Shown here piece by piece: positions 41,522 to 50,412 of a DNA stretch of 64,000 bases (positions within the stretch are counted from its first letter, which is position 1; each line of letters starts with the position of its first letter). The notes under the pieces were generated by a model. It was given only the letters and a program-made list of their open reading frames with translations. It did no database searches and was not told the DNA's origin. Made by a program: the position numbers and the translations under genes. The stretch is taken from positions 7,464 to 71,463 of the forward strand of contig QHMY01000038.1 of the NCBI GenBank assembly GCA_003218305.1, given 5' to 3'. This DNA comes from Verrucomicrobiota bacterium (GTDB lineage Bacteria; Verrucomicrobiota; Verrucomicrobiia; Chthoniobacterales; UBA10450).

Positions 41522-43427
41522 ACCCACCAGCTCTCCTCGCCTGCTCGAGGGCATTGGCTCTCCGGCGGACATAAAAGCTTTGCGCGAGCAGGATCTTCCG
41601 CAGCTCGCCCAGGAAGTCCGCGATGAGTTGATCAAGGTCTTGTCGCAAACTGGCGGCCATCTTGGCCCGAACCTCGGGGTCGTGGAGTTGACCATCGCCC
41701 TGCACCGCGTCTTCGACACGCCCAAGGACAAATTCGTTTTCGACGTCAGCCACCAGGGTTACGTCCACAAGATGTTTACCGGACGGCTCGATCGCATTGG
41801 CACGATGCGGCAATACGAGGGTTTGAACGGGTTTTTGCTCCGAACCGAGAGCGAACATGACTGTTACGGCGCCGGCCACGCCGGGACCGCGTTATCCGCG
41901 GGGTTGGGCATGGCAGTTGGCCGTGATCTTCGCGGCGGAAACGAGAACGTGGTGGTCGTGGCCGGGGACGCCGCCTTCACCTGCGGGATAAGTTATGAAG
42001 CGCTCAACAATGCGAAGTCGCAGACGCGGCGTTTCATTGTCGTGCTGAACGACAACGAGTGGTCAATCGCCAAGAATGTCGGCGCGATCGCCAGTTACCT
42101 GAATAATATCGTGGCGAACCCGACCTATGCCGGGCTGCATGACAAGGCGCGGCGTTTTGTCGAAGCGGTCGCCGGACGCAGCGCAGTCGAGTTCGCGCAC
42201 AAAGTTGAGGAGGGTGTGAAAAATCTGCTCCTGCCCAGCGTGATTTTCGAAGAACTCGGCCTGCGCTACTACGGCCCGATCGATGGCCACGATATTCCGC
42301 TGCTGACGAAGACATTCGAGTTTCTCAAGAGTCAGGATGAGCCGGTTCTTCTGCACATCCTGACCAAAAAAGGCAAGGGCTATGAGCCCGCTATCGCCAA
42401 ACCCGACAAGTTCCACGGACTCGGCAAGTTCGCTCCCGACACCGGTGAAACTCCTGCCGCCGCCACGCCGACCTATTCGGAGCTGATGGGGAAGACCCTA
42501 GCTAAATTTGCCGACTCAAATCAGAAAATCGTGGCAATCACCGCCGCGATGCCCAGCGGAACCGGTCTCGGGTTTTTCCAGGCGCAGCATCCGACGCGTT
42601 ACTTCGACGTCGGGATCGCAGAGGAACACGCCGCCCTCTTTGCCTGCGGCTTGGCCACGCAAGGGCTAAAGCCGTTTCTTACGATCTATTCGACGTTCAT
42701 GCAACGCGCCTACGACATGATCATCCATGACATCGCCCTGCAAAACCTGAACGTCGCGCTCTGCATGGATCGCGCTGGATTGAGCGGCGACGACGGCCCG
42801 ACCCATCATGGACTCTTCGACATCGGGTATCTGCGGCACGTTCCCAATTTCGTTCACATGCAGCCGAAGAATGAAGATGAGTTCGTCGACATGCTCTGGA
42901 CGATCGCCAACTATAATTCCGGCCCGATTGCCATTCGCTATCCGCGAGGACCCGGGACCGGTGCCGTTCCAAAAGCGACCCCCAAACTACTTGAAATTGG
43001 CAAAGCCGAGGTCGTGCAACACGGTCGCGACGTCGCCATTTTCGGTTTGGGCAATATGTTCGAAGTGGCCGAGGAAGCGGCCCGCAAGCTGGAAGCAAAA
43101 GGCATCTCGGTCGCGCTGATTAATCCGCGCTGGATTAAGCCGCTCGATCTCGGCACGCTGGAATTCTTCGCGCGCGGCGTCGAGGTCGTTTGCACCATCG
43201 AGGACCACGTTTTGCATAACGGCTTCGGTTGCGCGGTCATGGAGCATCTCCATTCGCAAATGATCCACACCCCGGTGGTGCGGATCGGCTGGCCCGATCA
43301 GTTCATCGAACATGGCACCATTCCTATTTTGCGGAAAAAGCACGGTATTACCGCGGATGCGCTCGTCGAAAAGGTCCTGCCTCTCTTGAAGCAAAAGGGC
43401 ACCAAGGCCCAACCAAGCGCCGCGTAG
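41499..43427 (+). CDS. dxs: 1-deoxy-D-xylulose-5-phosphate synthase
   Basis: Motifs: GGHLGPNLGVVELTIALH, DVSHQGY.HK..TGR, GDAAFTCGISYEALNN, DRAGLSGDDGPTHHG. The start is MTKSASS (41499) or 41463. Confidence 0.93.
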   Translation: MTKSASSKPTSSPRLLEGIGSPADIKALREQDLPQLAQEVRDELIKVLSQTGGHLGPNLGVVELTIALHRVFDTPKDKFVFDVSHQGYVHKMFTGRLDRIGTMRQYEGLNGFLLRTESEHDCYGAGHAGTALSAGLGMAVGRDLRGGNENVVVVAGDAAFTCGISYEALNNAKSQTRRFIVVLNDNEWSIAKNVGAIASYLNNIVANPTYAGLHDKARRFVEAVAGRSAVEFAHKVEEGVKNLLLPSVIFEELGLRYYGPIDGHDIPLLTKTFEFLKSQDEPVLLHILTKKGKGYEPAIAKPDKFHGLGKFAPDTGETPAAATPTYSELMGKTLAKFADSNQKIVAITAAMPSGTGLGFFQAQHPTRYFDVGIAEEHAALFACGLATQGLKPFLTIYSTFMQRAYDMIIHDIALQNLNVALCMDRAGLSGDDGPTHHGLFDIGYLRHVPNFVHMQPKNEDEFVDMLWTIANYNSGPIAIRYPRGPGTGAVPKATPKLLEIGKAEVVQHGRDVAIFGLGNMFEVAEEAARKLEAKGISVALINPRWIKPLDLGTLEFFARGVEVVCTIEDHVLHNGFGCAVMEHLHSQMIHTPVVRIGWPDQFIEHGTIPILRKKHGITADALVEKVLPLLKQKGTKAQPSAA

Positions 43428-43473
43428 TCGCTCCCGATAACCATGGCGTTTCGGGCGAAGGTCCCAACTTCGT

Positions 43474-44494
43474 GAGCGCGATCGAAGCACACGATCTGAC
43501 GAAGGTTTACCGGACCTACCGGAAAGAAGGCGGCCTGCGCGGATCGATTAAAGGACTCTTCCGCCGCAAGTACGAAGAAACTCGCGCCGCGGACGGCATC
43601 TCTTTTGCCATTGAGGAAGGCGAACTCGTCGGGTTCCTGGGCCCTAACGGCGCCGGCAAGACCACCGTCCTCAAAATGTTGTCGGGCCTCCTCAATCCCA
43701 CCTCGGGAGACGCGCGCGTCCTTGGTTTCGTGCCCTGGGAACGGAGCAACGAGCTAAAGCGGCAATTCAGCCTTGTGATGGGGCAAAAGAACGCGCTCTG
43801 GTGGGATTTGCCCGCGCAGGAATCGCTGGAGTTGAATCGTGCGATCTACGGTATCGAGCGCGAGCGCTTCAAGAAAGTCGTTAACGGCCTGGCGGACCTT
43901 CTCGACGTCCAGGACAAGATGAATGTGATGGTCCGCGAACTTTCGTTAGGCGAGCGAATGAAGATGGAGTTGATCTCAGCCCTCATCCACGAGCCCCGCG
44001 TCCTTTTCCTCGATGAACCAACCATTGGTCTCGATGTGGTAAGCCAGAAACGCGTGCGCGAATTTCTCCGGGTTTACAACTCCGAGCACCGCATCGTCAC
44101 GATGCTGACCAGCCATTATATGCAGGACATCGAGGAGCTCTGCGATCGCGTCATCGTTATCGATCACGGTAAAATCTTCTTTGATGGACCGCTCAATTCC
44201 ATCATCGATCGATTCTCCGGCTACAAGATTGTCAGTCTGACATTTCAGGACGCCGGCGAACGGGACTTCTCCCTCTTGGGGGAAGTCATCGCCCAAACCC
44301 CGGTCTCGGTCCAATTGAAGGTGCCGCGGGCCAAGGTAACGGAAACGTGCCGGGAACTGCTCGCAGAGTGCGCCGTGATCGATATCAATGTTCAGGAATT
44401 GCCCGTGGAAGAGGTTATCCGGCAGCTTTTCGGTGAACAGGCTACCTTGCGCAACGCCGCGGAAACGGCGCTTTCCGACGGCGCGAAGAGCTAG
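43474..44494 (+). CDS. ABC transporter ATP-binding protein (ABC-2/uncharacterised-transporter type) with C-terminal extra domain
   Basis: Walker A is GPNGAGKTT, the signature is LSLGERMK and Walker B is LFLDEPT. The GTG 43474 start is chosen because the longer track ORF (43229) overlaps dxs. Confidence 0.85.
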
Positions 44495-44497
44495 GCG

Positions 44498-44764
44498 CTA
44501 CCGACGATACAGCGCCTGCTTCAATTCGTGAACGTAGGCAGGATTTATCTCGAATGCCGTCACCGGCATTTCCGCGATCTGCACTTGTTCGAAAAATGGA
44601 TTACTTTCAACGTATCCGGCGGACATCAGGCTATTGAGCGTATCGGTTACGTCGCCCTCCTCCATGCGGGTGGAATCCTGAATCTCAGCGCCCATCATGG
44701 CTTCAGCGAAGCCAATGGACCGAACGACGGTCGCCTCGCGACCGCTGAGTTTGATGTTGCGCAT
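44498..44764 (-). CDS. hypothetical 88-aa protein
   Basis: Clean ORF with acidic composition and no recognised motif. It is convergent with the ABC ATPase, 3 nt apart. Confidence 0.5.
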   Translation of the reverse strand: MRNIKLSGREATVVRSIGFAEAMMGAEIQDSTRMEEGDVTDTLNSLMSAGYVESNPFFEQVQIAEMPVTAFEINPAYVHELKQALYRR

Positions 44765-44806
44765 ACGCTTTTTCGAGCAATTTCCATACCGTTGTGCCGG
44801 AGGTAT

Positions 44807-45664
44807 TTATCCTCCAAATCCAAAGCTTGGGAGGACGCTTTCCCTCATGGCGACCGCGAAATTCGGATAACGAAGCGCCCACCCAAGCGCTCGGAGTTTC
44901 TTGTTGGAAACCCGCTTATTACTTTCTCCGCGCTTTCCCACGGTGGCGACCTCTCCGCTGGGCGACGACCGGGGAAGGCGCGCACTTAACCATCGCCAGG
45001 CGTCCCGCGCCAGAATTGGTTGATCGTCCACTACGTTGTAAATCTCACCACCTAGATCCGCCTGCCGCTCCGCCAGAAGAACCAATCCGGACGCGATGTC
45101 GTCCCGATGCGCCTGATTGATGAAACGATCGCTCTCCTCCCCGGGCGCCGTGACACCGGCCAGCACTTTGCGCAGAAGAAAGGACCGGCCCGGTCCATAG
45201 ATTCCTCCCAACCGTGCCACGATTCCATTGTGGGCAAGAACGTGCTCTTCAGCTTCGCGCAAAATCCGGCCCTTCTCGTGAGCAGGAGTCGCGGGGGTGG
45301 TCTCATCCACGACCTCGCCCTGCCGCTGGGCGTACACGCTCGTGCTGCTGGTGAAAATTAATCTCGCGCTTGGAAACCCATGAAGAAGATTCCGGGCACC
45401 TTCCAGATAAATTCGGCGGTATTTCTCCGCATCGCCGCCACCAGTGCTCGCGCACTGGATGATCAGGTCGAATTTTTCACGGACGGCCGCCACCGCGGCG
45501 GGATTGGTGAAGTCGAACGCGCGAACGAGGTAGGGCTTTGTAGACAATTGCCCGGCAGATTCCGCGGAAGCGGTCCAGCCCACGACCTGCCATCCACGTC
45601 CATGAAGAAGATCGGCCACCACCTGGCCGACATAGCCGCAACCGGCGATCAAAATTCGCGGCAT
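44807..45664 (-). CDS. NAD(P)-dependent epimerase/dehydratase-family (extended SDR) protein
   Basis: Rossmann motif ILIAGCGYVGQ, with the YxxxK region expected downstream. Specificity is unknown. Confidence 0.8.
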   Translation of the reverse strand: MPRILIAGCGYVGQVVADLLHGRGWQVVGWTASAESAGQLSTKPYLVRAFDFTNPAAVAAVREKFDLIIQCASTGGGDAEKYRRIYLEGARNLLHGFPSARLIFTSSTSVYAQRQGEVVDETTPATPAHEKGRILREAEEHVLAHNGIVARLGGIYGPGRSFLLRKVLAGVTAPGEESDRFINQAHRDDIASGLVLLAERQADLGGEIYNVVDDQPILARDAWRWLSARLPRSSPSGEVATVGKRGESNKRVSNKKLRALGWALRYPNFAVAMRESVLPSFGFGG

Positions 45665-45681
45665 GAGCCCGGTTCAGTCCG

Positions 45682-46410
45682 CTAGTTCGAAGCGGACACA
45701 ATTTCAATTTCGTCGAACGGATTCGCCTGCGTGGCCCGAACCTGCTTGAGACGGATCAGCTCCAGTAACGCGAGAAAAGTCACGACAATCTCAACTCGCG
45801 ACGCCATCTCGGCGAACAATTCGGAGAATTTCAACGCGCGGCCACTCGAGACGCGCTGCAAGATCGACTCGATCTTCTCCGAGACAGTGAAGTGTTCGCC
45901 GAAGATTTCGCGTAAATCCTCGCGGGCCTCAATCCGTTTGATGACGGTCTGGAGAGCATTGATTAACTGAAAAATACCAACTTCTCCCAGCGGAAGCGGC
46001 GGGAGAAACGCCGCCTCCAGCCGCGTGCCGGCGCGGGCAAAGGTCCGTTCCTGTTCCAGGGCAAGAGTGTGTAATTGCCCGGCCGCTTCCTTGAATTTCT
46101 TGTATTCGATGAGCTGCCGAATCAGGTCCCAGCGCGGATCGTCTTCAGCGGCATCTTCATCGGGCGGCTGCTGATCAACCGGCAGGAGGCTGCGGCTTTT
46201 CAGGTAAATTAAATTCGCGGCCATGACGATGAATTCGCCCGCGATATCGATGTTCAATTCCTTGAAAGCCTGGAGGTACTCCAGGTATTGCCGGGTGATC
46301 CGTTCCAACGAGATCTCGTGAATGTCGATCTCGTCCTGCTTGATCAGGTAAAGCAGGAGGTCGAGCGGACCTTCGAAGATCTCGAGCTTGACCTTGTAGT
46401 CGGTTTCCAT
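45682..46410 (-). CDS. scpA: segregation and condensation protein A
   Basis: Motif: FEGPLDLLLYLIKQDEIDIHEISLERITRQYLEYL. Confidence 0.88.
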   Translation of the reverse strand: METDYKVKLEIFEGPLDLLLYLIKQDEIDIHEISLERITRQYLEYLQAFKELNIDIAGEFIVMAANLIYLKSRSLLPVDQQPPDEDAAEDDPRWDLIRQLIEYKKFKEAAGQLHTLALEQERTFARAGTRLEAAFLPPLPLGEVGIFQLINALQTVIKRIEAREDLREIFGEHFTVSEKIESILQRVSSGRALKFSELFAEMASRVEIVVTFLALLELIRLKQVRATQANPFDEIEIVSASN

Positions 46411-46478
46411 GCGGCGCCGCGGATATTAGGGAGGCAGACTGCGAAAGTAAACTGCGGCGCTATCGGCCGCGTCCCGCC

Positions 46479-47591
46479 TTAGACCTCCGGTTCGTGTCGA
46501 TGGACCCAGACGCTGTTGACGATGCCCAGGCCGAACATAATCATGAGCACGAATGAGCCGCTGTAACTGATCAGGGGCAACGGCACACCAGTGATGGGCA
46601 ACATCGAAATCGTCATTCCGATGTTCTGGAAGACGTGGGTAAAAATGAGCGCAGTAATCCCAATCACCAGGAGCAGGCCAAATTGGTCCCCGGCGAAAAA
46701 AGCCACGAAAAGGCACGTCAGGAGGAGCAAGGCAAAGGCGCCGAGCAGAAACATCCCTCCCACGAAACCCCACTGTTCGCCGATGGCGGAGAAGATGTAA
46801 TCGTTATGCACGGCGGTCGCGGGAAGGAATCCCAGCTCGATCTGCGTGTTCGGCGCCTTGAACCCCTTGCCCGACCAACCGCCCGAGCCGATCGCGATAA
46901 GCGATTGATTGATCGCCCAGGCGGCCCCCTGCTTGTCGATATCAGGGTGAACGAACGCGGTAATCCGGTCTTGTTGATAGGGTTTCAGTCCTATGTACGC
47001 GATCGGTATGCAGGTGGCCACGATCAACACCAGGCAGATCAGGTAACGGAGCGGTATTCCGCCCACGAACAGCAAGGCCAGCAAGACCGGTCCCCAGATG
47101 ATCGTTTCCCCCAGGTCCGGCTGCATCAGAATGAGAAGACACGGCGCTCCCACAATTACGCCGCAACACAGCAACCGCAGCATGGGATGCATGTCGCGGA
47201 ACTGACTTAGAAATAACGCCAGCACCATGATCCCGGCGACGACCGCGAGCTGTGCGGGCTGAAAATTAATCGGTCCCAGATGAAGCCAGCTGCGCGACCC
47301 ATACACTTTCGTTCCCATGAACTTGGTTAGGATCAAAAAACCGATGCCCGCCAGATACATCGGGAGCGCGCCCCACCGAATCCACCGGTAATCAATCAGG
47401 CTCGTGACCATGAACGCGAAAAAGCCGACGGCCACCCAGTTGGCCTGCTTGCGCCAGAACTCTCCGGCAATCGATTCTTCGCGCATGTAGGTCGCGCTAT
47501 AGATCGCGATGACCCCGAAGATTGCGAGGGCAAGCATGTTGGCCAGCAAGAGCCAGTTGAGCCCGAGCAATTTTCTCAGAAGTGGTGTCAT
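46479..47591 (-). CDS. SEDS-family peptidoglycan glycosyltransferase (RodA/FtsW/SpoVE)
   Basis: About 10 TM helices. Motifs: QPAQLAVV, MQPDLGETI, SGGWSGKGF, HNDYIFSAIGEQWGF. The ~370 aa length fits RodA. The start is ATG 47591; the longer track ORF N-terminus (to 47792) looks non-coding. Confidence 0.85.
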   Translation of the reverse strand: MTPLLRKLLGLNWLLLANMLALAIFGVIAIYSATYMREESIAGEFWRKQANWVAVGFFAFMVTSLIDYRWIRWGALPMYLAGIGFLILTKFMGTKVYGSRSWLHLGPINFQPAQLAVVAGIMVLALFLSQFRDMHPMLRLLCCGVIVGAPCLLILMQPDLGETIIWGPVLLALLFVGGIPLRYLICLVLIVATCIPIAYIGLKPYQQDRITAFVHPDIDKQGAAWAINQSLIAIGSGGWSGKGFKAPNTQIELGFLPATAVHNDYIFSAIGEQWGFVGGMFLLGAFALLLLTCLFVAFFAGDQFGLLLVIGITALIFTHVFQNIGMTISMLPITGVPLPLISYSGSFVLMIMFGLGIVNSVWVHRHEPEV

Positions 47592-48043
47592 GTCGAGAGC
47601 GCGGCAGAGTATAAGCGCACTCTGGAATCCCGTAAAATCCTGATCGTCCTGAGTTCGGGTTATTGAGCGATGCGAACCCGGCTCAGGCAAGATGTAGCAC
47701 GAGGTGTCATCCCGAACGAATATGGGGCCTACCGCGCCTTGAGACGCTCCATCGGGGTCCTCCCGATTTCCCTTCGCTTGGCTCCGGGTCACAACGTGGT
47801 CGCGTTAAGAAGATCAAAGCATGTTGAGGTGGAGTTTCGGCCGCTAGGGTTGCGTCCTCGTCTAAAGCCCAATTAATTCTCACATCGGAGAGTTTCTCAA
47901 GACTGATAGAGTTTCGATATAAATACCTTACAATGAGCTTGTTATAGTGATACACAAAATTTCCTGCGGCTTCCCTTGTTAACCCGGATGCGGCCCGTTA
48001 AAATCTCGTGCATTGGGGGTTATTTGAACCGAGGAAACGCATC

Positions 48044-48496
48044 ATGGCTAAGAAGACAAAACGAAAAATAGCCCACCCGAAATTGCCGATGCAGCGGCAT
48101 CTCAATCTGCAACATGAAGGAAAGTACTTCGATCTTCGCGCGATTTTTGATCGGTTGAACGAGCGCCATTTCCGCGGCCGCCTGCGCGGATACAAAGTGA
48201 TGTGGGGCCGGCGGCAGAAGCGGCGTCCAAAAGAATATTTCATCTTCGGGACCATTCAGGAAGAGGATCGGATCATTCGGATCAACCCTCTTTTGGATCA
48301 GCCTTTTGTTCCCCTCTGGTTTCTCCAGTACGTGCTCTACCACGAAATGCTGCACTCGGTCGTACCCGATGAAGTGGGACCGAATGGCCGCCGCCGGGTT
48401 CACACCGAAAAATTTTACGAGCGCGAGCGGGAGTTTCCCGGCTACCGCCGGGCGCGGCGTTGGGAGGAAGAGAATCTCGAGCGATTCCTCCGCTAG
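48044..48496 (+). CDS. SprT-like zinc metalloprotease domain protein
   Basis: LNERHFRGRLRGYKVMWGRR matches the SprT N-terminal pattern, and YHEMLH is the HExxH site. The start is MAKKTKRK at 48044. Confidence 0.75.
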   Translation: MAKKTKRKIAHPKLPMQRHLNLQHEGKYFDLRAIFDRLNERHFRGRLRGYKVMWGRRQKRRPKEYFIFGTIQEEDRIIRINPLLDQPFVPLWFLQYVLYHEMLHSVVPDEVGPNGRRRVHTEKFYEREREFPGYRRARRWEEENLERFLR

Positions 48497-48532
48497 TGTC
48501 TCTCCATCAGAACGGGTTGCCCGTCTTGCTCG

Positions 48533-49408
48533 TCAGACAGCGAGGGTGTCGTTGCTACGTTCTTTTTGATGAGGTACCAAAGGGTTGTCGCGAGAAGGAG
48601 GGAGATCAATTTCGCCCGCCAATTGTTCAGGATCAGTTTCTTCATAAGCGCCTTGGAGGAGAATTTCGCTAATCCGCTTTCGGAAAGTTTCCGGGGTGAA
48701 ATTGCGCTCGATCCGGCGCCGGTGGCAGATCGAAATCCCCCCCGTCTCTTCCGAGATTACGACGGCGATCGCATCTGACTCCTCGGTGATTCCCAGACCG
48801 GCCCGATGCCGCAGACCGAGGCTTCGATCGAGGGTCTCCCGCTGGCTAACCGGGAAAATGCAGGCGGCGGCGGCAATCCGTCCGTTGCGCACGATCACTC
48901 CGCCATCATGCAAAGCGGCTTTCGGGTGAAAGAGCGTCAGGAGGAGTTCGACGGAAAAAACCGAATCGATAATGACGCCAGTCTCTTCGTAAACGCGGAT
49001 GGAGGTATCGCGTTCAATCGCGATCAGCGCGCCGAACTGCTTGTTCGCCAGTTGGGTTACCGCTTCCGCGAGATCGTGGACGGTCTCGCGCTTCTCGCTC
49101 GTCAGGGAGAAAATCGGATGGCCCCCCAGTTCGGCCAGGCCGCGCCGCAGTTCGGGCTGGAAAATCACCACAAGGGCGACGGCCAGGAAGACGGAAAAGC
49201 TGCGGATGATCCAGCCGATGACCACGAGGTTCAGCAACTGCGAGATCAGGGTCAGGGTCAGGAAAACGATCGCCAGGCCGGTAAGAACTTTCGCTCCGCG
49301 CGTCCCTCGAAAGTAGAGGTAGCCATAATAAATCCCCACACTCAGCAGGATGATCTCAATGAGACTTCTCCATTTTCCGATCCAGAGCTGAATGATTTGC
49401 TGGCTCAT
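48533..49408 (-). CDS. cdaA: diadenylate cyclase (membrane-anchored CdaA/DacA type)
   Basis: Three N-terminal TM helices are followed by DAC motifs GALIAIERD, LHDGGVIV, GLRHRAGLGITEESDAIAVVISEETGGISI. Confidence 0.88.
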   Translation of the reverse strand: MSQQIIQLWIGKWRSLIEIILLSVGIYYGYLYFRGTRGAKVLTGLAIVFLTLTLISQLLNLVVIGWIIRSFSVFLAVALVVIFQPELRRGLAELGGHPIFSLTSEKRETVHDLAEAVTQLANKQFGALIAIERDTSIRVYEETGVIIDSVFSVELLLTLFHPKAALHDGGVIVRNGRIAAAACIFPVSQRETLDRSLGLRHRAGLGITEESDAIAVVISEETGGISICHRRRIERNFTPETFRKRISEILLQGAYEETDPEQLAGEIDLPPSRDNPLVPHQKERSNDTLAV

Positions 49409-50256
49409 ATCACGACTTCCAGAAGGCGCTCGGTGGCGCGCAAAGCAGCCGCGTTCTGCCTGACATCGTGCACTCGCAACACATTTGCACCGCGCTCCCG
49501 CAACAGCGCGGTAAACGCGATCGTAGGCGCAAGGCGATCATTCATGTCGGTCGATCCAATCATTTGGCCCAGGGATGATTTGCGGGAAACACCCACCACG
49601 ATCGGCCGATCGTGAATCCGCAGGCGAGGGAGGTTGGCCAGCAATGTGAGATTATGCTCCACCGTTTTGCCGAATCCAATTCCCGGATCAAAGGCGATGG
49701 CCATGGAATCAATGCCGCATTCTAGGGCGCGCGCATATTGTTGTCGAAAAAAATCAATCACCTCGCCGACCACGTCGTCGTAGCGCGGATTCTGTTGCAT
49801 GGTTTGGGGAGTCCCCTGCATATGCATGATGACGAAAGCGGCCTTCTTTTCCGCCGCAAGTTTCATCATATCAGGATCGCCGCGGCCCCCGGTCACGTCG
49901 TTGATAATCGATGCTCCGGCGTCCAGCGCTTCCCGCGCAACTGCGGCTTTGGTGGTGTCGATGGAGACAAGTGCCAGGACGTTCTCGCGCAATTTCGCGA
50001 TCACCGGCAGAACGCGCCTCAACTCTTCCTCGGTCGAAACCGGTTCCGCGCCAGGGCGAGTCGATTCCCCTCCCACATCGATGATTCCGGCGCCCTCAGC
50101 CGCCATGCGTCTGCCCTGTTCGATCGCCTTCTCCGGCGCGAAGAACTCGCCCCCGTCCGAAAAGGAATCCGGCGTGACGTTGAGCACTCCCATAATCAGG
50201 GCGCGTTGCGAGAGATCGACGGCGCGATCGGCCATTTGCCAGAGGATCTCACTCAT
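49405..50256 (-). CDS. folP: dihydropteroate synthase
   Basis: Motifs: MGVLNVTPDSFSDGG, IIDVGGESTRPG, DPGIGFGK. It overlaps cdaA by 4 nt. Confidence 0.92.
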   Translation of the reverse strand: MSEILWQMADRAVDLSQRALIMGVLNVTPDSFSDGGEFFAPEKAIEQGRRMAAEGAGIIDVGGESTRPGAEPVSTEEELRRVLPVIAKLRENVLALVSIDTTKAAVAREALDAGASIINDVTGGRGDPDMMKLAAEKKAAFVIMHMQGTPQTMQQNPRYDDVVGEVIDFFRQQYARALECGIDSMAIAFDPGIGFGKTVEHNLTLLANLPRLRIHDRPIVVGVSRKSSLGQMIGSTDMNDRLAPTIAFTALLRERGANVLRVHDVRQNAAALRATERLLEVVI

Positions 50257-50412
50257 TCAAGTGAGACTACCACGGCGCTGCATTTATTCGACGCGCATGG
50301 GAAGTCTGGGCGGAAAACAGTTTTGCGTGTTAAGGTAGGGCCGGTTCACCCGAACCGTCCGCGGCGATGAGTCAATCGCCCCCGCCATTTCGGCAGCGGT
50401 CTCTCCAATATT

